IMG/VR virus record: IMGVR_UViG_3300028177_000001 | Coordinates: 62,001 to 126,000 of that record | Strand: one strand, 5' to 3' | DNA length: 64,000 nt | Shown: positions 47,994 through 56,369 of the stretch, piece by piece | How the letters are laid out: each line of letters begins with the position of its first letter | Position numbering within the stretch: the stretch's first letter is position 1 | Program-made: the position numbers and the translations under genes | Notes under the pieces: model-generated | The model's input: only the letters and a program-made list of their open reading frames with translations | Database searches by the model: none | What the model was told of the DNA's origin: nothing

Positions 47994-50900
47994 CAGACTT
48001 CATCCTCGCCGAGATGGCTGGCGTAGGGCGAAAGTGAACGCTCCAGCATCCTTCGACTTACCGCGTGGAACTGGGAACGCTGCTTCTTGATCTTGATCCA
48101 CTCTTCGCCCAGCTTCTCGATCTGGGACTCCAGGACCACCTCGTCAAACAACTTCCCGTCGATTTCCTGCACGATGCTGCGGATCTCGTCCAGGGTCTGG
48201 TCGGCGTTGTCGTCCGCGACCGCGTCAGGGTAGACCATGTCCAAGGTGTACTCGGACACCTCTTGCTTGTTGCCAGAGCGCCAGGCTCGGGCGGTGCGCT
48301 GCTTCATGGTCTCGGCGTTCCAGTCATCTCTGTCCAGGTGGATGACTGTCGCGAAGGACTGTAGGTTCTGACCCAGGGCGTAGTGTCCGGTCAGGACGGC
48401 TGCGCAGACCGGCTTGTCCGGACGCTGCTTAGTGCCCAGACCGAGGATCTTGTTGAGGACGTGGGAGGCCCACTCGTCCGGATCGATCTTGCGCCCGGTC
48501 TTCTCGTCGACGTAGCTGTTGCGTCCCTTCCGCTTGCCGTAGCGCGTCTCCTCTCCAGACGGGGAAAGGTACAGGATACGATCAGACAGACCCAGGACCA
48601 GTCCCTGGGCAGGAAGGTCGCGCTGCAACCGGGCGAAAGCATCCTGGGCCATCTGTTCCGAGTCGGTGAACAGTAGGGTTCGGCCAGACAGTGCCTGGCG
48701 CACCAAACTCATCGCATGGTCGAGCTTCGGGTTTCCCACTCCCGGGAGTACCTGGTCGGGGGTGTCAGACAACAAGGACAGACGCTTTAGGAGTCTCTTC
48801 ACCTGCAGCCGGTTTCGGGACACCTCTACGCCCAGGGGGATGTTGTCCTTGAACGAACCGAATTTGGACCATTCCTGCAGGGCTTCCAGCATCTCGGACA
48901 TCGTCTCCCGATACGCAGACTCGATGCTGGGAGGCATAGTCACGGCGACAGGTTCTCTTTTGATGTCCCTCCCAGATTTGCCCATGCCTGTCAAAGCCAG
49001 CGCCGCGCCTTCCTCCTCTACGTCACGCTTGTCCGCAAAGAAGAGGTTGCGCTTTACCCAGACCCGAAGGTCGCGGGCTGCGGAGGGGTCCTGGGTAACC
49101 CCGACGATGCGGCCTCCGACACTCTCAGAGAACCTCTCGGAGAACTTCCTCGCCGTGAGCTGGCCCTCGGGAGAGTTGAGGTCCTCCCCGTTGGCCACCG
49201 AGGCCATCGTGAGGACCTCCATGGGGGACCGGGTCATGGGAGACGCGGTCAAGAGCACCTTGTGCGCGGACTGCATTCCCACAGCAGCCTTGTACCCCAC
49301 CCAACTCCGCTTCGAGAGCTTCGTGTGGGCCTCGTCGAAGTAGATAGCCAGGTAGCCGTCCCCGTAGGTCGGGTCTTTCCGGCGAGCGGCGATCATCTGG
49401 TCATACGAGACGATGTCCACCTGCTTCATGAGCTCGGCTGCTGAGTCTCGGGGGAGGAACTTGTATGCTTCCTTCGGAAGGTTGCCTGTCAGCTTCCCCT
49501 CCGTCACATACATGAACCGACCGGTCTCCCCCTTCTTGAGAAGGTTCATCATAGCGGCGATCGCTACAACGGTCTTGCCCATGCCTGTGTCCAGGGCGCA
49601 GATCCCCTTGTTGTCGTTCGCGTCCAGCCAGGCCAGCGACTGCTTCACGTGTCCGCGGATTCGGAGATTCGGCTTGTCCCTGAACCCGAGGGAGTCATTG
49701 CTGTAGCGGGACAGGTTCTCCGCCTGGGCTGCCTGCTCAGCGCGAGACAACTCGTCGTAGTAGTCGCGGAGCGCCTTTGCTGCGGAATGGCTCAGAGCCA
49801 TTCCCCCCAGAGTTTCCTGCACAATAGCGAAGTCGCGAGCTGTGAAGGTGTACTCCGTCCCTCGGCTCTTCTCGACATAGTTGACGGTCGGGATGTCCTG
49901 GACGAGGCCCCGGTGGGTCTTCGTCCGGCGCTTCCCGGTGTCGGGGTCCTTGTACTTTTCCTGGTGCCCCTTCATCAACTTCCGCAAGTGATCGAAGGGA
50001 CGCTGCATCGGAATGTGGATGAGGAACTTGTCGCCGTCGAGAGTGACGTAGGGCTCGGATGTACGACGGACATCCAGCTTGCCGTCGGACTTTCGGATTT
50101 CGCGTCGAGTGATGCGTCCTTGCTGGTTGTACGAGTAGCTGGACCCTTCGATCTGGCGACCCACTCGGTTCACCAGGCTGGACACTGGGATGCCCGTGAA
50201 CCGGCCCTCCGACACTACCTTCTTCCCCTCAACAACCTTCACGGGGTAGATGCGAGTGAGGGCCGACTCCTTGGTAGGGTCGTCAGTGAGGGCCAGGTAC
50301 TCAGCGCGCCCAGGCACCGAATCCATGTCGTCCTTAGAGTACTGTCTCAAGAAGTCCAGGTTCTCGGCCCACATGTACTGTGCCGGGTTGACTCGCGTGA
50401 GGTTGTCTGCGACCTCGCGCTTGCCCTTGATCTTGTCTGCGAACTCCGGCAGAGTAAGGACATCCCCGTCTGTGTCGTAGACCATCAGTCCGCCCGGACC
50501 GATCCCCACGTTCATCGGGCGGTTCATAATCCGACGGACGGCAGGCTCCAGACCATCGGCCTCAATCCGCGCCTTGATCTTTTCCATGATGACACGACGC
50601 TGTCTGCGGGACTCCTGGGTCCGCTCGTACAGGTCGGGGTCGGTGCGTCGCAAGTCCTCAATCTTCTCCTCTTTCGGAGAAGCCCTCTGGAGGCGCCACC
50701 AACGCACTGTGCCCGTACCGGGCATGCGTCGCTGGGTAAGGTAGATCTCCTTGTCCGCTGCCACACCCTGGATGATATCCGAGTATGCGTCGATCAAGAC
50801 CTTCCAGAGTGCGTCGGGCAACACCTGGGACTTGGCCCCAGGCCGTCTCCCGCGTCTGTCGAGTCTGCGCAGAAGAGGCTCGATCACCTTCACCTTGTCA

Positions 50901-51148
50901 GCCAGACGGTTCCGAGTAGCCTCCTGAGTGATCATGGAGTCGAGCTGGCTGGACGCCACTCGGAACTGCCGGTACAGACCAGACTCCTCGGAAACGAAGT
51001 CTGTCTCCTGGATGGCCTTCAGCTCTGAGTACAGCTCAAAGAACGCCTGCACACGGGGCGTTCTGCCGTAGGCTCGGGCCAGACTGCGCTGAGCCGTATT
51101 GGAGAGCGGCTGTAGAGCGTCGGAGACTTCAGGTGGCGACGGGGGCAT
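47993..51148 (-). CDS. SNF2-family SF2 helicase/ATPase with long N-terminal extension
   Basis: DTGMGKT, DEAH, LTASP, LGQNLQ, QRTARAWRSG. Confidence 0.85.
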   Translation of the reverse strand: MPPSPPEVSDALQPLSNTAQRSLARAYGRTPRVQAFFELYSELKAIQETDFVSEESGLYRQFRVASSQLDSMITQEATRNRLADKVKVIEPLLRRLDRRGRRPGAKSQVLPDALWKVLIDAYSDIIQGVAADKEIYLTQRRMPGTGTVRWWRLQRASPKEEKIEDLRRTDPDLYERTQESRRQRRVIMEKIKARIEADGLEPAVRRIMNRPMNVGIGPGGLMVYDTDGDVLTLPEFADKIKGKREVADNLTRVNPAQYMWAENLDFLRQYSKDDMDSVPGRAEYLALTDDPTKESALTRIYPVKVVEGKKVVSEGRFTGIPVSSLVNRVGRQIEGSSYSYNQQGRITRREIRKSDGKLDVRRTSEPYVTLDGDKFLIHIPMQRPFDHLRKLMKGHQEKYKDPDTGKRRTKTHRGLVQDIPTVNYVEKSRGTEYTFTARDFAIVQETLGGMALSHSAAKALRDYYDELSRAEQAAQAENLSRYSNDSLGFRDKPNLRIRGHVKQSLAWLDANDNKGICALDTGMGKTVVAIAAMMNLLKKGETGRFMYVTEGKLTGNLPKEAYKFLPRDSAAELMKQVDIVSYDQMIAARRKDPTYGDGYLAIYFDEAHTKLSKRSWVGYKAAVGMQSAHKVLLTASPMTRSPMEVLTMASVANGEDLNSPEGQLTARKFSERFSESVGGRIVGVTQDPSAARDLRVWVKRNLFFADKRDVEEEGAALALTGMGKSGRDIKREPVAVTMPPSIESAYRETMSEMLEALQEWSKFGSFKDNIPLGVEVSRNRLQVKRLLKRLSLLSDTPDQVLPGVGNPKLDHAMSLVRQALSGRTLLFTDSEQMAQDAFARLQRDLPAQGLVLGLSDRILYLSPSGEETRYGKRKGRNSYVDEKTGRKIDPDEWASHVLNKILGLGTKQRPDKPVCAAVLTGHYALGQNLQSFATVIHLDRDDWNAETMKQRTARAWRSGNKQEVSEYTLDMVYPDAVADDNADQTLDEIRSIVQEIDGKLFDEVVLESQIEKLGEEWIKIKKQRSQFHAVSRRMLERSLSPYASHLGEDEV

Positions 51149-52481
51149 CGTCGAGCTCTCGGATCCAGGAGGCCATGGTGACCTCGAAGCGGTTCAACGT
51201 AGAGAGCTCTGCGCCGCCAGGCTGGTCCGCGATCTCATCAGGCGTCGGAGGAGCCTTCAGAGCGTCCTGCACCGTCTCGGCTACAGGTAGGTCCAGGTTG
51301 TCCTCGTGCGCGGCGTCCTCGGCCACCTCGACGCTGTTGCTGACGGCCGAGGAGTCGGCGAACTCCCGCACTTCCCGCTTTTCAGGGTTGTCGAAGAAGT
51401 GGCCCTCGGCTGACGGGGCGCCAGAGCCGTAGTGTGGCGTGGGCATCTTCGAGGAGCGGACTTCATGGAAGTAGCTCTTCCCACCGTCCGGATGGATGAC
51501 GAACCCGTCCCGCCCCTCCCTGTGCATGCGAGCGACTTGGCGCTTCACCTGGCCCCAGTTTCGCACAGCCATCTCTTCTGTGTCGAGGACCCCATCAACC
51601 CGCGTGAAGCCCTTGACGACGTATTGGCCTGCGGCCCAGCGAGGATAGGGAGCTGGGCCCTTGTAGGGGCCGTCGTTGTTGGCAAGGGCTTCCTGGACGG
51701 CCCTCTCCAGCTTGGGCTTGGCCCAGGCCAAGAGCTTATCGAGGTTCTCTGTGCTCTGGCCGCCCCACTTGTAGGACTTGTGCCCGTAGGACTTCGGCCG
51801 GGAGAGTTTGCTGAACACATACCAGCTACGATCGTCCCCTCCTCGTCCTACGTTCCCCAGGTAGCCGTAGGACAGATTTGCCTCTGGGTACTTCCTCTTC
51901 AACCGGTCCACCAAGACCGCCAACTCCCGATCCGGAGTGGTGGAGGCAGTCTTCCCCGAGGGCTCGGCCAGAACCTGCTGCAGGAGATAGGTGTTCTCCT
52001 CGTGGGCGTTGGCGGCGGACATCAGCCAGTCATCCAGGCCCAGGGTCATTGCACCGATCTTCTTGATGCGGTCGTAGCCCGCCTTGATGGCGTCCTGGAG
52101 AGTGCTCTCCGAAAGAAGGCCGCGCTCATGCCGACAGGGCACCTGTTCCCAGTACTCGCAGAACCCCGTGATGTGCGGAAGCTGCGGACCCATGTCCACC
52201 GCGTCACGCCCCAGGTAGCCGACCATCTTCTCGGCGAGCTGGTCGATCTGCCCCTGGACCGAGTTGTAGAGTCTCTCGAACAGAAGGTGGTTCCCGTAGA
52301 AGGACGACCCCAGAGCTTGCCAGTGACTCACCTGATAGGAGAGACTCTGGGCCCGAAGAACGCAGAGCACCTCCAGCAGACAGAGGCGAACCTCCTCCCG
52401 CTGCATGGGAGTTGCGCTCAGGTACGCCTGCTTCTCGCGGGGGTCTACGGTCACCGGTTCTACTCCTGCCACTCCAGCCAT
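51129..52481 (-). CDS. Dps/ferritin-like domain fused to additional small domains
   Basis: SHWQALGSSFYGNHLLFERLY..IDQLAE matches the Dps ferroxidase signature. Confidence 0.7.
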   Translation of the reverse strand: MAGVAGVEPVTVDPREKQAYLSATPMQREEVRLCLLEVLCVLRAQSLSYQVSHWQALGSSFYGNHLLFERLYNSVQGQIDQLAEKMVGYLGRDAVDMGPQLPHITGFCEYWEQVPCRHERGLLSESTLQDAIKAGYDRIKKIGAMTLGLDDWLMSAANAHEENTYLLQQVLAEPSGKTASTTPDRELAVLVDRLKRKYPEANLSYGYLGNVGRGGDDRSWYVFSKLSRPKSYGHKSYKWGGQSTENLDKLLAWAKPKLERAVQEALANNDGPYKGPAPYPRWAAGQYVVKGFTRVDGVLDTEEMAVRNWGQVKRQVARMHREGRDGFVIHPDGGKSYFHEVRSSKMPTPHYGSGAPSAEGHFFDNPEKREVREFADSSAVSNSVEVAEDAAHEDNLDLPVAETVQDALKAPPTPDEIADQPGGAELSTLNRFEVTMASWIRELDDAPVAT

Positions 52482-54916
52482 TCGCTGACCGAGCTGGGGG
52501 TTGCGAAGCGAGAGCCTCTGGCAGCCAGGGATCCGGGGATGGCCCAGCTGTCGTTGTCTACCAGGACCACCTTGCCCCGGTTCTCCAGGCGCTGGAGCTC
52601 CTTGATAAGGGCATCGAGGTCCGACTGGGTGGGCTCGTCGGCTGAGATCTCGCGGAACACTTCCTCGGTGGTCAGCGGCTTGCGGGACCGGTTCTCCTGA
52701 AGGACGTACAGCAGGGCATGGCCCGCGACCTTCTGAGCCACCGTGTCCTGCATCTCGGAGTTGTCCTCCTGAGTGAAGTGGCCCTTCGGAGCACCGTCGC
52801 CTTCCACGGGACCCTTCTTGGTCTCGCCGATTTCGTCCTCAGTGTCCTTGGCGAGCTTCGCGAGCTCATCGGTGGACTCAGAGAGATCCTTCTGGGTGAA
52901 GTGACCTGCGGGGGCACCGTCCCCCTCCAGGGCACCAGAGGTCGGCTCGCCGATCTCCTCGGCGTCGAAGTCGGCGGCCTTCTTGTCGCCGTCGTCCTTC
53001 TTGGAAGCGGCTTCCTCCTTCTTCTTCTCGCAGTTGTCGCGCATGCCCCCCTCGGGGAGCTTCTCGCAACCGGCTTCCTTGTTCTCTCCAGCCCTGCGTC
53101 GGCCAGTGAGCTCCCGGTACTTGCCCCAGGCGAAGGCGGGGACCAGGTGGCCCATGTCCGCATCCTCGGCCTCGTCCCTCATAGCCTCGAATCCTTCCAC
53201 CCAGCCCTTCTTGTAGCCGGGGTCGTTCTCGAACCGCTTGTTCCAGCGGCCCTGGTAGCCGTCAAGTGCGCCCTGGCGCACTCCGCCTGAAGCCAGCCTC
53301 CCCTCCAAACCCTTTCGCTTGACCATCCCGCTCTCTTCGAGCTCGCTGAACCTACCGTCAGGGTAAACCCCCACCACGATCAATCCCCGAGGGAGATCCT
53401 GGTAGGCCATCACGGGGCCGTCCTCATCCTCCATGCGAGAGAAGAACTCGACCAACTTCTTAGACCTGGGGTCGTAGCTCCACACCCCCGGCTTCACGCG
53501 GGCTGCGGACTTGCCCAGAGGCCCGTCCGGGTAGCAACCCAGGAGCAGCTTGCTGTAGGCACACTTGCCCTGCTTGGAGTGCTGTCCGAGGAAGCCCGTG
53601 ATCTTCGCATACCGAGCGGTCCGTCGGGTGTGGAGGTCGGAGGCGACCTCACCGGCAAAGGCTCGGAAGTCTGCGCACACGGTGAGACCGAGACGGGCAG
53701 TCTTGGCCGGGTGCCCGTACAGGCCCTTGGCCTGCTTCTCAGAAGCATGCCGCATGGACTTAGAAGCATCGTACTTCTGGCTGGCATCCGACACGAACTC
53801 CAAGCTGGGCCCCTCTTCCCGGAACTCTACGACAACGTACTCTGACCGCCCGTCGTGCCCACTGTCATAAACCCGACCTCCGTGGGTTTCGATGAGATCC
53901 TCGATTCCCCAGAGCTGCCTGGTCGAGGTGTACCGAACGGTGACCCTGAACGAGCGAGCAATCTTCTCCGAAGCAGCTTCCTTCGGGGTCTCGGAGGCCA
54001 CCTTGGGTCCGATCTCCTTCATCGCAGCCAGGAGAAGCTTCGCCGAGGAGGACCGAGCTCGCTTCGAGTGGGCGACCAGGAACGGGGCGACACCTGCGTC
54101 CTTCTTGTATGCAGTCTTCACCAGGGACAGGGCTCGCTTCTGGAGCTTGCGGACCGAAGCCTCGACATCGCTCTGGGTCTGCTTGGTGAAGCCGTACAGG
54201 CCAGACGCTGCCTCCCTCGTCCAGGAGAGACGAGCTCGCTGGGCGGCCATGATCTCTACAGGAAGAAGGGGGCCATCCTTGCTCATCATCGACTCTTCCA
54301 TCTCCTGCTTCAGCTTCTCAACTGCAGGGGGAGGGTTCTCGACGTTGTCCTGGAGTTCCTGGGGCAGGTCGCTGAGGGGAACACTCTCGCCCTGGGCAAA
54401 CATCGCCTCTTCGGCGAGCTCGTTCTGGAGCACCACGTCGTCGACGTAGGACGGGGTGGCCTTCTTCAGCTTGTTGCCCATCTTGTTGAAGCCCGCGTCG
54501 TCCGGGTGCTTGTCCCGGTTGGCGATGGACTGAGCCTGGGCGAGACTAACCGTGCCCTGGTACTCCCAGGCATCCTCTTCCCACCCGTCCAGGTTCAGGT
54601 AGTAGAGCTCGCCGCTCTTCCACCAGTAGTCATGCATTTCGTCGGCGGAATCAAGCTTCTGGAATCCCAGGCGTTCCCAGCCCCTGTCGTCCTCAGGCGG
54701 GAACCGCCCAGCTTGCTTGTGCTTGTCCTTGACTACGTCGCCGTACTCCTCGTTCATCTTCTGCCAGGAGTCCTGGGTCTCCTTGGGCTGGGTCTTCATC
54801 CAGGCCTCGAACTGCTTGCGTCCCTCAGGCCCCTCAAGGAAGCGGGCGTGGACACTGCGGAGCTCGGTTTCGAGAGCAGCCTGGCGAGCGATTTCGGAAG
54901 GAAGAAGCAGAAGCAT
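52460..54916 (-). CDS. Mosaic head protein with numerous [KR]xA linkers and internal duplications
   Basis: GLYG..HSK...KLLL x2 and EIGE...G..EGDGAP.GHFTQ x2. Preceded by the late motif. Confidence 0.6.
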   Translation of the reverse strand: MLLLLPSEIARQAALETELRSVHARFLEGPEGRKQFEAWMKTQPKETQDSWQKMNEEYGDVVKDKHKQAGRFPPEDDRGWERLGFQKLDSADEMHDYWWKSGELYYLNLDGWEEDAWEYQGTVSLAQAQSIANRDKHPDDAGFNKMGNKLKKATPSYVDDVVLQNELAEEAMFAQGESVPLSDLPQELQDNVENPPPAVEKLKQEMEESMMSKDGPLLPVEIMAAQRARLSWTREAASGLYGFTKQTQSDVEASVRKLQKRALSLVKTAYKKDAGVAPFLVAHSKRARSSSAKLLLAAMKEIGPKVASETPKEAASEKIARSFRVTVRYTSTRQLWGIEDLIETHGGRVYDSGHDGRSEYVVVEFREEGPSLEFVSDASQKYDASKSMRHASEKQAKGLYGHPAKTARLGLTVCADFRAFAGEVASDLHTRRTARYAKITGFLGQHSKQGKCAYSKLLLGCYPDGPLGKSAARVKPGVWSYDPRSKKLVEFFSRMEDEDGPVMAYQDLPRGLIVVGVYPDGRFSELEESGMVKRKGLEGRLASGGVRQGALDGYQGRWNKRFENDPGYKKGWVEGFEAMRDEAEDADMGHLVPAFAWGKYRELTGRRRAGENKEAGCEKLPEGGMRDNCEKKKEEAASKKDDGDKKAADFDAEEIGEPTSGALEGDGAPAGHFTQKDLSESTDELAKLAKDTEDEIGETKKGPVEGDGAPKGHFTQEDNSEMQDTVAQKVAGHALLYVLQENRSRKPLTTEEVFREISADEPTQSDLDALIKELQRLENRGKVVLVDNDSWAIPGSLAARGSRFATPSSVSEWLEWQE

Positions 54917-54943
54917 GGGGAATCTCCGGAAGCGAACTTCGGA

Positions 54944-54958
54944 ATAGGGAGGCTACCG
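54944..54958 (-). promoter_or_regulatory. Putative late promoter
   Basis: cggt agcctccc tat. Confidence 0.7.
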
Positions 54959-54960
54959 TA

Positions 54961-55389
54961 TTACAGCAGCACGTCGTAGCCGACAGTGCCTGTAACGGTA
55001 GCGCCTGCTTCGATGGTGAACCCAGTGGTGGTCTTGCTGATGACTCTGAAGGGAGCGAAGACATCCGAAACGAGGTGCACCCGGTAGGTGGTGCCAGACA
55101 GCGCGGTGGCGAAGGTAACAGTCTTGGAGGTCTCAGCCGTAAAGGTGAGGGTCCCGTTGACTGCGCTGGTGAGTGCCAAGAGGTCCTCCACTTGTGTCAG
55201 GGCAGAGGCAATATCAGCCACCACCGTCTGAGGGATCTCAGTGTACGGGCTGACCACCAGCCCGTAGGGGTCCTGAATGTCCCGGACCAGCAGGGTTCCT
55301 GCCTGGTTCTGCATCAGGGTGAACGTGTACAGGTCCGGGCTTGTTCCCGACCGGTACGTGAAATCAGCCTGGATCAGTGTGGCTGCCAT
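54961..55389 (-). CDS. Small virion protein
   Basis: C-terminal KTTTGFTI...TGTVGY is shared with 26209..27768. Confidence 0.6.
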   Translation of the reverse strand: MAATLIQADFTYRSGTSPDLYTFTLMQNQAGTLLVRDIQDPYGLVVSPYTEIPQTVVADIASALTQVEDLLALTSAVNGTLTFTAETSKTVTFATALSGTTYRVHLVSDVFAPFRVISKTTTGFTIEAGATVTGTVGYDVLL

Positions 55390-55392
55390 CAG

Positions 55393-55713
55393 CTACCAGA
55401 TCCCCGTGGTGTCGCAGCCCGTCTTGCTGAGCCACTTTTCCAGAGCTACGATCCCCTCTCGGTCTGTTGACCAGAGATCCATTCGCGGACCCTTCACGTC
55501 GATCCCCAGATCCGCAATGCGGTCTACGTTTGCGATGCGAGCGCGTCCGTCACGGAATGCCTTGAGGTAGCTCGGCAGGTTCCGAACCCCGAAGGAAATG
55601 TCGAGGACTGCAATCCGGTACTCCGGCCGAACACGTTCTTCCAGCCACTTTGCGGCGACGCGCTTGGCCATTGCCACACGTACCACGGAGGGCTTGGTTC
55701 GGTTCTGGGCCAT
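55393..55713 (-). CDS. Small late protein with N-terminal tag
   Basis: Start MAQNR after AGGAG. Carries PSVVRVAMAKRVAAKW. Confidence 0.6.
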   Translation of the reverse strand: MAQNRTKPSVVRVAMAKRVAAKWLEERVRPEYRIAVLDISFGVRNLPSYLKAFRDGRARIANVDRIADLGIDVKGPRMDLWSTDREGIVALEKWLSKTGCDTTGIW

Positions 55714-55738
55714 TGTATGCTCCTGGCTTCGGTGGAGC

Positions 55739-55753
55739 ATAGGTCAGATATTG
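55739..55753 (-). promoter_or_regulatory. Putative late promoter (CAAT variant) at the replication/late boundary
   Basis: caat atctgacc tat. Confidence 0.55.
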
Positions 55754-55760
55754 ACCCGCT

Positions 55761-56369
55761 TCAGCAGATGCTGTGGATCAGGTCTTCGGACCAGGCTGAC
55801 CGGGAGGTGTTCTGGAGGATATTCAGGTTGTCGCGCACCTTGTTGAACAACTCCACGTACACCTCCATCCCCTTGACATCCTCGAGGGCTGCTACAGTCC
55901 TCAAAAAGCGGTAGCGAACGAACCCCTGGGACACATCGAGCTCTCGGGCTACCTCACTCTGGCAAGTAGTGCTCACCATACGGACCATGATTCGCCGATC
56001 AATCGGGTCGGAGATGTGAGGCACGAGGTCCAGAGCCATCTGGTCCAGGTTGTACTCTGGGATCTCCACCAGGTAGCGGAGTCGGGCTGCGCCTCTCTGC
56101 AGACGATAGCAGACCGTAGGTTGACTCACATTGAACAGCTCGGCGATCGCCGTCTGGCGCAGCCTGCGGAAGAAGTACAGTTCGATGAAGTCTGCCTCTC
56201 GGGGAGGCAGTTGGTCCAGGAGGTCCTTCACCTGGTCCAGCAACACCAGACTGTCTTCCTGGAGTTCCTCCCAGACAGTGGGTAGCTCGCCGAGCCCGTC
56301 TTCTTCTGAAAACACCCGCTCCAGATCTGCGGGATCAAAGAGCAGGTGTCCGCCCCAGTAGTTACTCAT
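55761..56369 (-). CDS. Protein with two tandem sigma70 region-4-like HTH domains
   Basis: LPPREADFIELYFF..QTAIAELFNVSQPTVCYRLQRG and QSEVARELDVSQGFVRYRF. Confidence 0.7.
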   Translation of the reverse strand: MSNYWGGHLLFDPADLERVFSEEDGLGELPTVWEELQEDSLVLLDQVKDLLDQLPPREADFIELYFFRRLRQTAIAELFNVSQPTVCYRLQRGAARLRYLVEIPEYNLDQMALDLVPHISDPIDRRIMVRMVSTTCQSEVARELDVSQGFVRYRFLRTVAALEDVKGMEVYVELFNKVRDNLNILQNTSRSAWSEDLIHSIC

